Part shown: positions 27,829 to 43,954 of the stretch, one piece after another
Layout: each line of letters starts with the position of its first letter
Numbering within the stretch: position 1 is the stretch's first letter
Assembly (NCBI RefSeq): GCF_009914755.1
Contig: NC_060926.1
Length of the DNA stretch: 64,000 nt
Reading direction: 5' to 3' (one strand)
Source: the human T2T-CHM13v2.0 reference genome, Homo sapiens
Notes under the pieces: model-generated
Seen by the model: only the letters and a program-made list of their open reading frames with translations
What the model was told of the DNA's origin: nothing
The model's database searches: none
Program-made: the position numbers and the translations under genes

Positions 27829-30643
27829 CCTGAGAGGCTTTTCCAGAGCCACTCTGGGAGCGGTGGTGATGGTGGCCCCTTCCTGCTTTCTTGGGAGGCT
27901 GACCTCGTTATTTCTGTCTCCCTTTAATTCCTAGGATAAGACAGAAGGAGTCTTTGCTCCTTACAGCAAACACAGGCTTGGGGCAGGGTGCAAATCCCAG
28001 TGGTGGCCCTGGTCTCTGTGGCATCTGACTTCCAGCCCACCCACTTCTCCTCTCCTTCCTGGACACCGTGCCTGGAGGCAGGACAAACCAAGCTGGGCAA
28101 GCAAATTGGCCAGGAGCTGTTCTGGCTCCCGGGAAGCCTCTGCAGGAGGGCGGGGCCCGCACACACACATGGCTATACTCAGAGGACCCCCGACTGCTCA
28201 GAACGTGTGAGGCAGCTTCCCAAGGCCTGCTCTGGAGTGAGGCAGGGAGCGAGACAGCTGCACTGGGAGCCACGTCTTGCTGGGCCGGCCTGCCAGTATC
28301 GACAGGGTCCCAAGCTTGCAGAAAGTATCTCCCAGCCCACTCTCATCCTTCCTCACCACGCGAAGCCAACTCAGCAGTGTGAGGGGAGGGCCTCACCCCC
28401 CAGGCCTCCAGGCAGTCGTCTACCCAGAGAAGGGGTGCTGACTCTGAGGCCCTGCCCTCGGGCCTGGGCTTCGGTCTTGCTGTGGCCTCCAAGTGGTCCG
28501 CGGACTGGGGAAGTCACAGCCCCATCCACCCCATCTTCTCCTATCGGGTACCCACTCTAACCATGCCCCGTACCCATGGCCCCTCTGCTCGGCCATCTCA
28601 GGAGGCCAGTGACCCCTGGCAGGCTGGCACTGGAAGTCTGGTGGGTGACGTCACGTCCCCCTGGGCTGAGTTAGCACACTGCTCGCTCTGAACCTGGAGG
28701 GGCACCCGCACTGGAGAGCTGCCCCACGTGTGGGAGCAAGGCACTGCTGTCCAGGGAGTATGGCCTCCACCGCCTCTGTGGCTGTCTCCCAGCCACCTGT
28801 CTTTCTCCAGCTCTCCTCTCCCTGAGATCCTGCCAGGCTCAGGTCTTGTCCCACAGCCCCAACACCTGGGGACCCTCTGCCAGCCCCTGGCCCAGTCGTG
28901 GCTGGCACCTTCACCCATGGTGCTGAGGACAGGCAGAGGAGCCGAGGGCGGGCGGAGGAGCTGAGGGCGGGCGGAGGAGCGGGCTGTTTCTTCCAGGGTC
29001 TTTGCTTTCTCACTCCTCCCTCCCTTGCTTGCATTTGCTTTGCTTTTCTGGCTGAGAGACCCTCTCCCAATCCCCTGGCCTCAGCGGAACCTCCTGGGGG
29101 TGGGGGCACATGTAGGGGAGGGACAAGGAAGCAGGTTATGGAGCTCTGGAAGCCTCAGGAGGCCTTGGGCAGTCCCCAGAAGGGGCAGCAGGACAGCTGT
29201 CTGGTCCTGTGGAGGGAAGGGACGTGGGGAAGGAGTTTCCTGCAGCCAGTGTCTGCTGGGCAATGCTGCCCTCCAGTGGCACAGCCGTCCTGACCAGATC
29301 CCTGAAGCAGGTGCCAAGAGCCTCTACAGTGGCTCCTCCCCGCCTTCCTCCTCCCTCCTCCCAGAGGGCACTGCAGGAGAGGGTCCTGGGCCTGACTTTT
29401 AGAGAATTCCCCCCTGAAAATTATGTATCACCAATAAAACTGGTAAAGGAAACGGGGGGTAAGATGAAGCACAGATTAAAAGTTCACAAATATCCCAGCT
29501 TCTAAAGGAGGGGCAGGCGAACCTGCAGGGCGGGATCCTGCAGAAACTAAGCCAGGAGACCAGAGGCCCTCCGTGCCACGCCAGCTCCACGTGCTCACTC
29601 ATCTCTGCCACAGCCACTTGGGCCCTGGGCTGTTGGGTGTCCAGGACTGTTGGAGGGGTGGGTGTGGATGTTCCTGTCCACCCTGTGCGCTATCTGTAGG
29701 ATGGTGGGATTCCTGGTGTGGGGAGTGGACACAGCAGGTCCCTACTGGTGGGCCCTGGCATGGGTGGGGCCTTGTGCGACCCTGCACAGTGTTGCCAGCC
29801 CCTCTCTACAGACAAAGAAATGGAAATTTGTCCAAGGTCACCAGCTCCCAGACGGGAGTCTCTTCTCTTCCTGCCCTCGCTATCAGCAGGGCCTGGCCAC
29901 ACCCTCCTCCCTGTCAAGAGCTCAAGATCCCCTGTGACAGCTGCCTCCAGGGTGAAGAGCACCAGCTGGGACAGCCTCACCAAAGTGCGGCCCCCGTCCT
30001 GCCCTCAGGTGTTAATCGGCTGATCCTTCTTGCCTCCTTGGGCCTGGGAGTCCACTGCAGCCAGATTCGGGGCAGGGCTCTGGTTCCTATCAGGAGGCGG
30101 GGCCGGGCCCTCCTTGTATGAGAACAAGTGAGGCCGCTGCCATCGCCTGGCGGCCAGGGAAACTGAGGCACAGCCAGAGCTGCAGCATCCCCGAAGCCTC
30201 CTCGTGTGACTCAGCCACATAAGGGAGCTGAATTCAAACCAGGCCAGGGCCCTGCCTGCAGCTCCATTCCCTTCACGACCCACTGCCTCGCCAGCACCTT
30301 AACTCTGAGGAGGGCCCCAAGGGCCTGAGGTCTCCCTGTGTTCTCGAAGAAGCTTTTCAAAATCTTAAAAAAAGAGAAAATTATTTTAACAAAAAGCCAA
30401 CAGGCCTGATCTGAGATATAATCGGATCTCCCCGTGGCTCCTTCCTGGCAGCCCTGGGGGAGCATGGTGGGAACTGGTTTCCTTGGGGAAGTGACCCGGA
30501 GGCAGAAAGCAACAGCCCTGGACCTTGAGAAGAGCCTGCTAGGTGGGAGGTGGGAGCGAAATGTCAGGAAAGGTCACAGACAGAGGCAGCAGCTTCCTGC
30601 AGGGAGGGTACGGGACTCCAGGGAGACAGCCCCGGGCTTCTCA

Positions 30644-30976
<333 letters not shown>

Positions 30977-32619
30977 TCAGCGCACATCCAGGGGCGAGCC
31001 GACCACCCACTGGCAGGCTGCCCCCGGGTGGTGGCGGAACCACCACTTCCCTAGAAGGAGACGGAAGCTGGGACGGTTCTTTAGAAAAATACCACGTTTG
31101 CCAAGACTCCTTGACTGGCCAGGCCCAGAGAACGTGGACGAATGCAGAGGCCAGGCGGGTGGGAGGGCCTGCCTGTCACTCATGCTCACAGTAGCGCCCC
31201 AGGACCCAGGCAGGGACGTGCGCAGCTGCCCTGCTGCAGCAGGCTGAGGAGAAAACAGTGATGAGGAGGTCTGCCCTGGGTGGCTGGACCTTGCAGGGGT
31301 GAGCTCTATGTGGGACTTGTGCTGGGGAGGACGGTGCTGACTTCTAGAAGGAGGCAACTCTAGCCCCCTACCCTCAAAGTCTGCCTGGTCCTGGACCAAT
31401 AGTAACTCCAGTTCTGCTGGACGGAGAACTGTCCAAGGTACTTGAGATTCCAAAGAAACACCAGATTCGAGCTCTGCCTTTAGAAACTTCCAGAGGGACT
31501 GGAACACATATGCTAGAAAACACACGCAAAACCCATGTACACAGGTCTACTTAACTTCTGACTGTGAAAAGAGGCCAGCCATGTGCTCACCACAGCACTG
31601 AGCTCAGCATGGACGGGCCCCCAGGGTGCGGCAGCCACAGAAGAGGCTCCTGGTGGGGGCCCTAGAACCAACTGGGCGGGCAGCCTGGGGCTCTGCAGCA
31701 GGAAAGGCAATGTGCCTGAACCCGTGTTGGATGCCACCCTGTCTCAGTCAGCATACGTGGGACCGCTGTGAAGGGGAGAGTATCTGACCTGTCTGCAGAG
31801 GCTAGAGATGCGAGGGAAGGCCAGGTGGCCCTCCGGGGCACAGCTCTGCCCCGGCCCCTTCTCACCAGGCCTTGGCCCCTGGTGACACCTGGCAGGAGGG
31901 CTGCCCCGAGGCCCTGCCGGGACATGTCTGTGCTGCACACACCTGGTCTTCCAGGACTTAACAAAGGGAAGGCCAGGCTGGGTGAACAGACGCCTTCCGC
32001 AGGCAGGTCACTGGCCAGGGGCACCTGTGCTAATGTGGGTTCATCCAGGCTGATAAGGGCGGGGCGCACGGTGAAGAGCCTGGGCAAGCTGCCCAGACAG
32101 ACCTGCTCTATTGCTTCAGTGTGCTGGCCCAGGATGCGGCCCTCCCCACTTGTGTTCCTGTTACTGGGAACACAGGCAGCATCCCCAGCCAAGGGGAGCT
32201 GAGATTCAAGGTGGTCCAGTGTTTGCAGGGTCCAGCTACAGGATACACTTGGTGCATATTAGTTCCCATACTTCCTGGCTCAGCCTCTTGTGAGTCAGGC
32301 TAACAGGAGTCAGTCTCCTGCACTTGAGGAATTCTGGAGGTACTTGCACAACAGTGCTGTGGGATGGGACTTCTGGTAAAAAAAAAAAAAGCATCAGGGT
32401 AGGTGCAGGCTTACAGGAGTCAATGAAACTAGGACTCACAATCAGTACACTGTGTGTGGGCATGGCTGTGCTTGGGAGTTTGTAATGGCAACACAGACAC
32501 ATAGGCAATGACGGACACTGCCCCGTGAAATACGTAAGTGTGTGTGCAGAAACAACCAGTTGCTCACGGATACAAGGAATGGGGACTGCCCCTACAGTGG
32601 AATCATCATGATAAGGTCA

Positions 32620-32765
32620 CGTGCGCTAATATTTACTAAGCACACGGCTGGAACTTACGAGGCAGACACCTGCTTTACTGCCTTTACAGACAGAAAAGCT
32701 GGAGCGTAGAGAGATGGAGAAGCGGCAAAGCCCACACAGCTGAGGGTGGCAGAGCCAGCCAGGAG
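32620..32765 (-). mobile_element. MIR-like SINE relic
   Basis: tttacagacagaaaagctggagcgtagagag...cacacagctgagggtggcagagcca resembles the MIR core. Highly diverged. Confidence 0.45.
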
Positions 32766-34291
32766 ACCACGTGGCTAAAGGAACGCACTGCGTCGCTGTG
32801 CACGGACACGGGAAGATGGCTGAGAGTGTGAGGTACTAACAGAAAGCATCAGACACAACAGAGTCCCGTCTCTGTGAAACAAATTATGTTTGTGTCTATC
32901 TGTCCATCTGGCTATGCACAGAAATAGATCTGGAAGGTTTAAAGCAAATACTAACAACCTGCCACCACTGGGGAGTGGGATTACGGGCAAACGGCATTTC
33001 CTGTGGGTTTCTATCATGTTTTTCTTTACAATGAACATGTACTGTTTTATAAATTTGTTTAAAAAGTAATCAAGACAAACTAAGAAAGGACACCAACGAA
33101 GCGGGACTCCCTGCAAGTCTCCTGGGACCAGCCAGGGTGGGCCAGCTTAGTGGGAGGATTCTCCTTGGTGGCGGTGACTGGGGTCTCCCTTGTCTGAGCT
33201 GCATTCTTTCAAGAACACACTTATTGCAGTCAGCTGCCCAGGACTTGTGGAGTGGGTCATCTGGCTGCTCCTGTGACCTTCCACGGTTTTCTTTCTGAGA
33301 AGCAGCATTTTACTTGCTGGATACCTACTCTGGAAATTTGTCTCTGAATATGAATAGCATCCTTCTAAGACCTGAGAGTGAGAACCTCACAGACTGCAGA
33401 ACACTAAGCCACGTGATGAGAATCATCTGAAGAATGAAGCCGTGCTGTATTTACAGAACATTTTTCTTAGTGCGTCATTAACAAGAAATATTAGATCATA
33501 ACAACATGAAGAGCGCTCCTGCCTCTGTGCTTGTCTCAGAGGCAAGCCCTGCCAGAAGCCAGCCCTCCTTCCCTCCTCTCCCCTGCAGGGGTGGCTGGGT
33601 GGCGGGGCGGCCCAGGACAGCAGTCTCCTCCCCGGCTCTGGCTAGCTCCAGGCAGACAAGTCCAGGGCCCGGCCCCTCCTGCCTCCTCAGCCGTGGTGGA
33701 CGCCTTACTTGCCTCCTTCTTGTGAGGGAAAACCAAGGACCCCTGCTGGCAGATCGCCTCCCCGGGGTGAGGATGGTATGAGGGATGGCACAGACAGAGG
33801 ACGTGTGGCTCCCACAGCGTGTCCCAGGGGTCCCGGGCTCTGCTCTCGTGTAATCACAGCCCCCCGCCAGCCATTCACAGCCCTGTCACTGGAGCCTCAG
33901 CGTCAACGCTGTGGACGTGGGCGAAGTGTGAGGGAGTAAGCGGAGAAGCGTGGGCTCATGATTCCTGAGCCGGACCAGAAGCTGTAGGTTCTCATGGCCC
34001 CACGGGCATGGGCTGTGGACTGTTCTTGGAGGAGACCATGGGTCTCTGGGACAGGAAAGTGGGCAAGTGAGCCCGTGACAGGTCCCCAGCATGACAGAAC
34101 TGAAGGTGTGGGGTGTAGGGCGGGGAGAGGGCCTCTGTGACAGACCTGTGTGGTCCCCACCATCCAGCGTGGCCCTCGTGCCTGCCCAGCCCCTCCTCAG
34201 CCTCTGCAGAGCTGGGCCGGGAAGAGCCCCCCGCGCTGTGCCCACTGTGGCCCGCGTTGCACCCTCAGGCTGCACAAAGGCCACGTGTTAC

Positions 34292-34478
34292 CTGTCGTGA
34301 ACCTCGGCTTGGTGGGGGGCTCCTGCACAGACACGGGGAAGGTGGCAGACGCGGGTGAGGACTGCGCCCGGGACAGAGGCCTGTGGCCGCCGAAGGACAC
34401 GGGGATGCCGGCGGCCTCCATGGACGCCTGGTAGTTCCTCAGCTGGTGGATCCGCTGCTGCTCCAGCAGGAGGGCTTG
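34292..34478 (-). CDS. HDAC4: HDAC4 coding exon 14 (187 nt): QALLLEQQ...RAQSSP (S632 14-3-3 site)...PRFTT(G)
   Basis: Peptide is in ORF 34197..34751(-). cag|CAAGCC acceptor, ACAG|gtaaca donor. Confidence 0.97.
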
Positions 34479-35701
34479 CTGCGGGGAAGAAACGGCCGTG
34501 TTGGCGGTTGCGGATGTCTCCCGCCCCTGGGCTGCAGGGCTAGGGGTTGCCCTCTCTTGCAAGTCTCCCGTCCACGCACAGGCCATACATGGGCCACAAG
34601 GATGCCGGGAGGCCAGCTGCGTGGAGAGGCCTTCCCTGTGAGTGCCCTGAAGCCTGAGTGGGCCCAGAGCCAAGAACGAGGCCAGCACAGGCTCTGCCTC
34701 CCAGGACGGTCTCTCTAGGGAAGGCAGGCTGTCCACGTGGGATCCTGCCATGGGCTACGTTAACAGGATAACACAGGTTGAGTCAGGGGGTCCCAGGGAG
34801 GCCTGGCCCAGTATGGGGTATCAAGGAGGGCTTCTCTGAGGAGGTGCTGAGCCAGGAGCAGCCTGGAGCAGGTGCAGGGGAGTAGGGCCTGGCAGGTGTG
34901 GAGAGAAGCTCTTGCTGGGGCGGCAGCCTGGCCCTCGCTGGTTTCACTGGGGGATATGCGAAGGCCATGTAGATGTGGGGACCACAGCGTCCACTCTGCC
35001 ATACCACACACATACGGTGAGTGGGCACGAAGCCCAACCCCCTTGTTGGGTTTGTGGGTCTTAGTTCTGACCAACAGCATTGAATCTGCATGCCAAACTT
35101 GGGCGAGAAAGCACCATCGGCTCTCAGACTTGAAAGTGCCAACTGGGCTTCATCTGCAGCCGCTCCCCTCCCTGGTCTCACATCCCACACACCCTCGTGC
35201 AGGCTAAAAGCAGTAACAGCCCATCAGCTTCTGGGCACCCAGGACCTTTGGGGCCTGGAGCAGGCCTGCTGGTGGGGATGTGCCTCTCTGATGAGATGGA
35301 GCTGGGCTGGGCTCTGTGTGTGGGGGGGGCACTCAGCCAGGGGCCTGGGACACCCTGAGGGATTCTGGGAACAGGCTGAGGTGCAAACCCCCATACGAGG
35401 CAGAGTGGAGTGGAGGAAGCAGGGCAGAGATGAGGTCACAGCTGCCAAGCCTCTCCCCAGACAGCAGCTGAGGGAGAGCACAGCAACCTGCCACCCAGGC
35501 CGAGGCACAAAGAAAGCCGGGCGCCTCCTTGCTGGGAGCTCTGCGCCAATCCTGTCTTAGTTTTGATGAACAAATCCTGTGAACATGGAAAACCAGGTAC
35601 CTACATCCCAGCTCCTGTATGAAGGCAGAGCCCAGCCCTGTGCTGCCAGCACTGGGGGAAACCAGAGCTACCCGGCCAGGCTCCGATCTGTCCTGCCTTT
35701 A

Positions 35702-36189
<488 letters not shown>

Positions 36190-37662
36190 TTAATAAGCAA
36201 TCCTCCCCGACGCGGGCTGGAGGTGCCCCGCCTTATGTTTACCTCGGCAAATTGCTCCGTGTACTACGACGTTTCCCTGATAAGGGGTTCTGCCTATTAC
36301 TCTCCAGAGAGAACAGAAAATAAGTGTTTCTAATAATCATCTCATGCTTGGAATATAACAAGCCTCTTTTTCTCAAAGTAAAGGCTGATCTATGAGAAAC
36401 TAGCCCTAAAAATTATTAATGTAAATAGTTTCCCATTTCTTATCAGCATAATAATAGCACACTGAATTTCAGATCTTCATCAACTTACAAGGCCCGACCA
36501 CAGGAAGAGGCCCCCACCCTGGGCCTGTCGGACAGGACCTGTGGACGAGTGTTCACCATGAAGCACCGTGTGTGTGCCAGAGAGGCCCGGGGCTTTCTCT
36601 CTCTGTCTTTGCCAAGCGTTAGTTCTGCTGGGCTTTGTAGTGTTTAGTGCCCGGGGTGCTAATTAAGAAGGCCCAGAAATTAGAGACAGGCCCCCCTCTG
36701 AACAAGAAGGAGAAATAGCACCCAATGCCAGCCACTGGGGGAAGCTCGGTGGAGAAGGGCTCCTGACCCAGAAGCCTCTGGAGACCACTGAGCACTGATC
36801 CCGTGTGTGGCAGGCTTGGGTCTAGGTGCTCCAGGTACAAGGCCCCACACTGATTCATTCAGTGGCAAGCATTTAAGAACTGTAGCTGAGAATTAAGGGG
36901 AACAGTTTACTGCAGGGCGTCCTGCTCCTGGCTTCCAAGGTGCTGCTGGGGGTGGAGATGCAGCGTCTGGCCACACAGCTGGCAGTCAGGAAGCTGGGGA
37001 GGTGCTCAACGGCACGGCCGGCATGGAGTCCAGAGAGAAGGGAGGGAACGAGCCAGTGGCTCCTGCAGCCGAGGCAGCAGCTCTGCTGCTGGAGGATAGA
37101 ATCAAATCCTACAGAGCTGTGGTTCCTCGGACTGGCTTCCTGCCTACAGGGAGGAAGCCACTTTCCTGAGGGCACTCTAGCTGCAGATACGGGGCTCCAG
37201 CTGGCTGCCCAAATGCCTTAGGTATTTCTGCTGACTCAGAAGTTTAATGTTTCAATGGAAATTAACCAGTCATTCACTGGCCTTCTTCATCAGTCTCCTG
37301 TGAGTTTGGTTACTGGGTGTCAGTGCCCTGAAGCCTTACTGGCTCTGGGTGCCACAATCGCACCCGTCTGTCTGGATCTGCAGGGCTGCTCATTAGCACC
37401 TCTGGGTCACAAAAGGTCTTGACTTCTGATCAGGCCCTGCCTGCCTTTTTGATCAATTAATACCTCTAGTTCCTTCACTTCTTTAAAAAGCATGCTGTAT
37501 CTCACTAACACATGGATTCTGTGTTCATTTACAGCCTACAGACAGGAAGGAAATCCATTCTCTGGGGCCTGCGCATGGCTGGAAAGCAGTTACGTAACCA
37601 CCCACAGGGGGCAAACATCTCGTATCCCTAGGAACGGCTGGGACAAAATGGAAGCCACATCA

Positions 37663-38226
<564 letters not shown>

Positions 38227-38544
38227 TTATCTCCCAACAGGCACTGGGGTGCCTGAGTGCCTAAGAAAATAATGCCCAGTAGGACCCCAGCCCAGGGTCA
38301 AGGTGACCTGGCCCAGGGAAGGAGGCTGACTAACATTTGGGGTTTACTAAGCACCTCTTCTGTGTCAGGCACCGAGAAACAGAAAAGAAGCTGCAGGTGT
38401 CAACAGAGTCTGCAGAGGAGAGCTTGAGTGTGAAGGGGAGAGGCCAATGCTGACCTCACAGCCACAACTGCTAAGAGAAACAGCCCACCACCCACTCAGC
38501 GGAAGACAACCACGTCCACAATGCTCACTGCCCAATCCCACCAA

Positions 38545-38830
38545 CACGCCACGGCCTCCCCTCCTGCAGGATCCCACCGATGTGCCATGACCTCCCTCCT
38601 GCCGGATCCTGGGAACACTCCAGGACCTCCCTTCCTGCTGAATCCCAGGGATGCCACGGCCTCCCCTTCTGCAGGATCTCAGGGACACCATGACCTCCTT
38701 TCTTGCAGGATTCCATGGGTGCTCCATGACCTGCCCCGCTATGGGGCCCCAAGAACCGCAACATCCTCCCTCCTGTGGGACTCCCTAGATGCCCCCGACC
38801 TCTTTTCCTGTTGGATCTCACGGACGCTTC
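38545..38830. repeat. Degenerate minisatellite (~35-bp unit, gccacggcctcccctcctgcaggatccca)
   Basis: Recurrent acctccc...cctgcWggatc motif. Boundaries approximate. Confidence 0.65.
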
Positions 38831-41800
38831 TCGGTCTCCCTCCCCGGCCTCTCAGTGCGGAACAGGCGGCAGGTGCTCCTCTCCTGCTCCCCGCCTGCTC
38901 CTCCGTCTTGGTTTGTCCTGGGCCTGCTCCTCGGCTCATTTCCCCATTCTGGATTCCAAGTATCAGCGACTCCCAAAGGTGGTGCTGAGCCCAAACTCGC
39001 TCTTTACCTCCAGACCTAATGGCCTGCCAGACGCCTCAGCTTAGCCTAGAGTGCCCATGAGCCCCAGCACAGCAGGTCCAATGCCGAACGCAGGGCAGCT
39101 TCTTCCAAGCCTCTCCCTTCTCTAGGACCTGTTCTTGGCTATTGGGACCTCTCTCTGGCCAGCTGTCCAGTCACACCCCAAGCTCCCAATTCTGTCCGCC
39201 AAGCACTGCCCATGCATTGCTCACGAGAAACGCCTCTGGACGGTGCTGCTTCTCTCCAGCCTCGACCTCCTGCCTTTCCTGCTTTGCCCCACCTGGCCTC
39301 TCCTGCCTGGATGACAGCATGGCTCCCGGGAGGCCCCCACCTCCAGCGTCAACGCTTTGCAATCTTCTTCATGTAGCAGTGAGGGCACGCTTTCAAACGG
39401 GCCAGTGGACCTGGTCACTCCCCTGCTGAATGTCCCCCAAGTGCTCTTCTGCCATCCTGCCTCTGCTGAAGAGTCCCTCCATCGTGTGGCCATGTTGCCC
39501 CTGCAGCCTCCCTGCCACCCTGCTCCCGACCACGCCGCTGGCTCTGCATCCCTCATGCCACACTCGCCTCCAGCCCGCTGCTTGCCTTCCTTCCTCGGCC
39601 TCCAGCCACTCCAAGAGGCTTTGTGAGCCTCCCGTGCATGTCACCTTTTCCAGGGTCAGCTGATCTTCCTGATAGGGCAATGTGCCCTCCTCCAGCACCC
39701 CCCGACCCCAGTCCTCTGGCTTTTCTGTGGTTGCCATTCATGTATCCATCTTTCCTGCAGTCTGCAGTTCCCAGGAGGGTAGGGACCACTTCTGACTCAT
39801 CCACGTGGCACAGGCATTGCTCATCGCACATTCACTAAAAGGATGGGGCAAATGCAAGGGGTGTCCGCGTAGTGGGGCAAAGTGGAACAGGGTGTATGGC
39901 TGACCTCAATGCGCTCTGGGAGCTGTGGGAAGCCAGCAGGGCTGCAGCGTGGAAGGCCAGAGAACAGGAACACAGGGTGCCGGAGACGAGGTGGGGCTGT
40001 GGGAAGGGCACTCTGGGCTGAAAACAAGCAGGTGCACGTTCTAGAAGCATGCCCTGCTGCAGACAAGCCAGAGGTTGAAAGGGTGAGGCCAGCCCCACGT
40101 CTGGCTAAGGCATGGGAGAAAGAACAGGTTTCCATGACACCAAAAAGGAAGCAGCTCTAGGCCCAGGGACAGACTGCATATGGAGAGGAAAGAGAGGGTG
40201 GCCAGGACAACTCCTTCGTTTTGGGCAATGGAGCTGCCCCATCACATCTGGGAGCCAGAAAAGGGATGAATGTGAGCAGAGCAAAGGCTGGAGTTGAGAA
40301 CAAGAGGGGAGAGAGGGATGCGGGAAGTGGCAAAAAAAAAAAAAAAAAAGCTCAGGAGAGAGGGCGGGGGTCTGGAGTTAGACTAGGAAGGGCGCACAGG
40401 GAGTTTCTCAGAAGAAGGCACTGACTGAGCTGCATTCCTCTGCAGACTGTGAAAGAACGTCCCACAGTCCCAAAGTCCCAGATCGAGGGGTCTCTCCGGA
40501 TGCTCGATTCATCTGTCCCCGTGGGGAACGGCCTGAAGGGCAGATTCGAGGGACGGTGGGACAAGCCGAGTTCCTGGCAGAGAGAGGAGCTACAGCGCGT
40601 GGAGGATGGATCTCGGCACCGCATCCGACTGTTTCCAGAAGGAAACTGAGGTGTGCAAGGAAGACTGACACCTGAAATCCCCCGAGCCCTTGCATTTCAA
40701 CACCCTTAGAGCACTGCGTGCTGCTCCACACTCACGCGAGGCGGCCTCTCCAGCAGCCTGAACTACGGGGCACGGGTTGGTGGGCACTCAGTGTCCGCTT
40801 GCTCCCAGGGGTCAGCCGTATCAGACGACACCGGTCCCCACGCAGCAGGGCTGAGACGCAGACTCACACACACACAACATGGTGAGTTTTCAGCCTCCAG
40901 AGCCCTGCTGTGCCTCACTGTGGAACATCAGAGACTTCAGATTGGGCGGGGGGTTTGTTTTATGATTGATCATCCCTTAACTTTCTTTCTAAGAGCAGTT
41001 TAAAGTACGGCAGTAAAAGCCGAGTGAAGAAAACGCAGATCCATTGTTTATCTCTAAACCGAAGGCAGCTTTTCTTCAGAAAAGCTTTCAACCTGGCACA
41101 GGGAAATGGAGCCAGGTCCAGCCGGGTGCAGGCAGCGTGGGTGTCGGGGCGGGCCGGCCATCGGCAGTGTGGGAACCAGTAGGCGGCGTGGCACGTAAGG
41201 AACTCAGCTTCAGAAAGCCAAACTCGCAGGGAGGAGAGTGCAGCGGTGGGTGGCCGCGCGTCGGGAACAGGAACGTGCTGTCCACGGGTGAGCGTGCCGT
41301 TGGGAGAGGAATAAGTTCCGGGACCTGATGCACAGTTTGGTGGCCCCGATATTCACGGACCTTACCACAGACACAATGAGAGCCCCGTGAGGCCAAGGGG
41401 GCATGGATGAGGTCCCTTGTGGCGATCATTTCACAACGCATACAAGTATCAAATCATCACGCCGTACGCTGTAAATACATGCGACTGTTTCCGGTTAGAC
41501 TTTCACAAAGCCGGGGAGAAACAAGTTCAACTAAGGAATCTAGCAACATTGTCCCCATTTGCTCTGACAGGTTTCTCAGTGGTTGACCAAAAAAAGCATG
41601 TGTTTCAACACTAGTTTCACTTGATGATTTTGAGGTCTGTGATTGCTTCTGGTTTCTCAGTCCCATCTTCTTCCTGCACACTGAGAGCCTGAGAGGCCCT
41701 GTGGGGGGCAGGGAGAACAGGGAGCCTGGCGGTACCGCTGTCGCTGTGAGCAGGGGTGCCAGGTGCAGCAGGGGCGCCGGGTGAAGCAGCGCTGTTTCAC

Positions 41801-42184
41801 AGGGGACCTCGAAGATGGCATCCAAGTCTTGGCTTTCAGGACACTCATCAAGAGGGCACCCATACGCTCAGTTCCTGCAGCTCCCCCAGGGCCCGGTGCA
41901 GTCTGATGTGTAACGGGATGTGACTGACTGAGTGGTGTATGGGAGGTTTCTTGAGAGCGGGGCCCTTATCACTCGGTGCACCGGAGGGAGAGCAAAGAAC
42001 AAAGAATCTGAAAGCAGAACAATTCCCTAAGAAGGTGGCACAGAGCGCTGAGGACAATGCCCTGGATGAGGAGCAGGAGGGATTCGGGAGGAGGGAGAGC
42101 AGCAGCCAGGACGAGCCTTCAGGAAGCAAGAATGTCCTGGAGGCTGCAGGTGTGGAAGGAAAAGCAACAGGCTAAGGATGAGGA

Positions 42185-42460
42185 GACAGGGCTCAGACCA
42201 CAGGCTGAGGACATGGGGACAGGAGCTCAGGGCTAAGGGTGCGGGGACCGGAGCTCAGGGCTGAGGGCGCGGGGACCAGAGCTCAGAGCTGAGGGTGTGG
42301 GGACCAGAGCTAAGGGCTGAGGGCGCGGGAACTGGAGCTAAGGGGAACGGAGCTCAGGGCTGAGAACGCAGAGATGGGAGCTCAGAGCTCAGGGCTGAGG
42401 GTGCGGGGACCAGACCTAAGGGCTGAGGACACGGAGATGGGAGCTCAGGGCTGAGGAGGT
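42185..42460. repeat. Minisatellite, ~28-bp unit (gagctcagggctgagggtgcggggacca)
   Basis: About 9-10 degenerate copies are visible. Confidence 0.85.
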
Positions 42461-43029
42461 GTTCAGGGCCTCAGAGGGCTCCTCACAATGTGGGCTTTGC
42501 TCATCAGTGGATGGGCAGGAGAGGCTGCGGGTCTCTCCGAGGGGTGCATGGTCCTGCCTGTGCCACAGGAAGGTGCTAATGAGTCAGCGCGAGGGCAGGG
42601 GAATGCCTGCAGAGAAGCGACTGCACAGAGGCAGCAGGGCCGGGCAGAGGCTGGCACAGAGGCTGGGTCCAGCGGCAGTGGGGACCACCCGTGGACAGGA
42701 GAGTGAGCAGGAGGCACCAGGACTCCTGGCCAAGTGCCAGAGAAGGGCCACCACAGAGGAGGTGCTGGCCCCGGGACGGGGAGGTGGGTAGAGGGCAGCT
42801 CAGAGAGGCTGAATCCCAGCATCCGGTGGGGCCCTGAGAAATCCAGCAAGAAAGTGCAGATTCGAGTCTGGGATTTGGGAGACAGATCAGGACTGGAGCA
42901 GTACGCAGGTGGAATAAAGTCAAAGCTGGGAGCACAGAGGAGCTACGCAGAGCTGGGGAGCTGAAGAAACAGGGATGAGGCCTCAGGGACCAGTGGTAGG
43001 GTGTCGGGAAGCAGGGAGGCCACAGAGGC

Positions 43030-43215
43030 TCACATACAGATACATACACACACAGATACATATACCCGCAGAGGCACACACAGACGCACACACAGACGCA
43101 CACAGACACACACACACAGACACAGACAGATGCACAAATAGACATGCAGATACATATACACATGAAGAGACAGATACACAGATACACAAATACACATAGG
43201 CACAGGCACACAGAG
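43030..43215. repeat. (CA)-rich low-complexity block
   Basis: Directly visible in the sequence. Confidence 0.8.
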
Positions 43216-43699
43216 ACAAGGAGAGGAGACCAGAGGGCCAGCAGAAGGGTGGGTACCATGCCAGGAAAGGGCAAGGGGAGGAGGAGGAAGGTGGGGGAGG
43301 GAAATGGGGGGGCGGGGAAGGGAAATAGGGGGAGGGGCGGGGGAGGAAGGCTAGGACCTTAGAGGGGACCCCGTGGGGCTGCCCCATCCCAGCAATGACC
43401 GAAGTGGTGTGCCTGCCTTTCTTTAGCAGCCCAGGGGCCATTCTGAAGTGGATAAAAGTGATGGAGGGCAGCAACCCCATAGAGGACACAGAGGCAGGTC
43501 CCTTCTCTAGGGTGGGGTGGAGGACAAGGCAGCTGAGGGTGGAGGGGAGGGGTTCCTGCAGCAAATGGCCACTCCCAGGAAGCCAGGCTGATCGAGGAAA
43601 AGGGTTTGTCTGTTTGCCTTTTAAAGGAGACGGCCCAGGGAGGACTCGGTGGACACAGAAGCTCCAAGACTTTTCTTCTGATGCTTTCCTTTAAATTTC

Positions 43700-43954
<255 letters not shown>

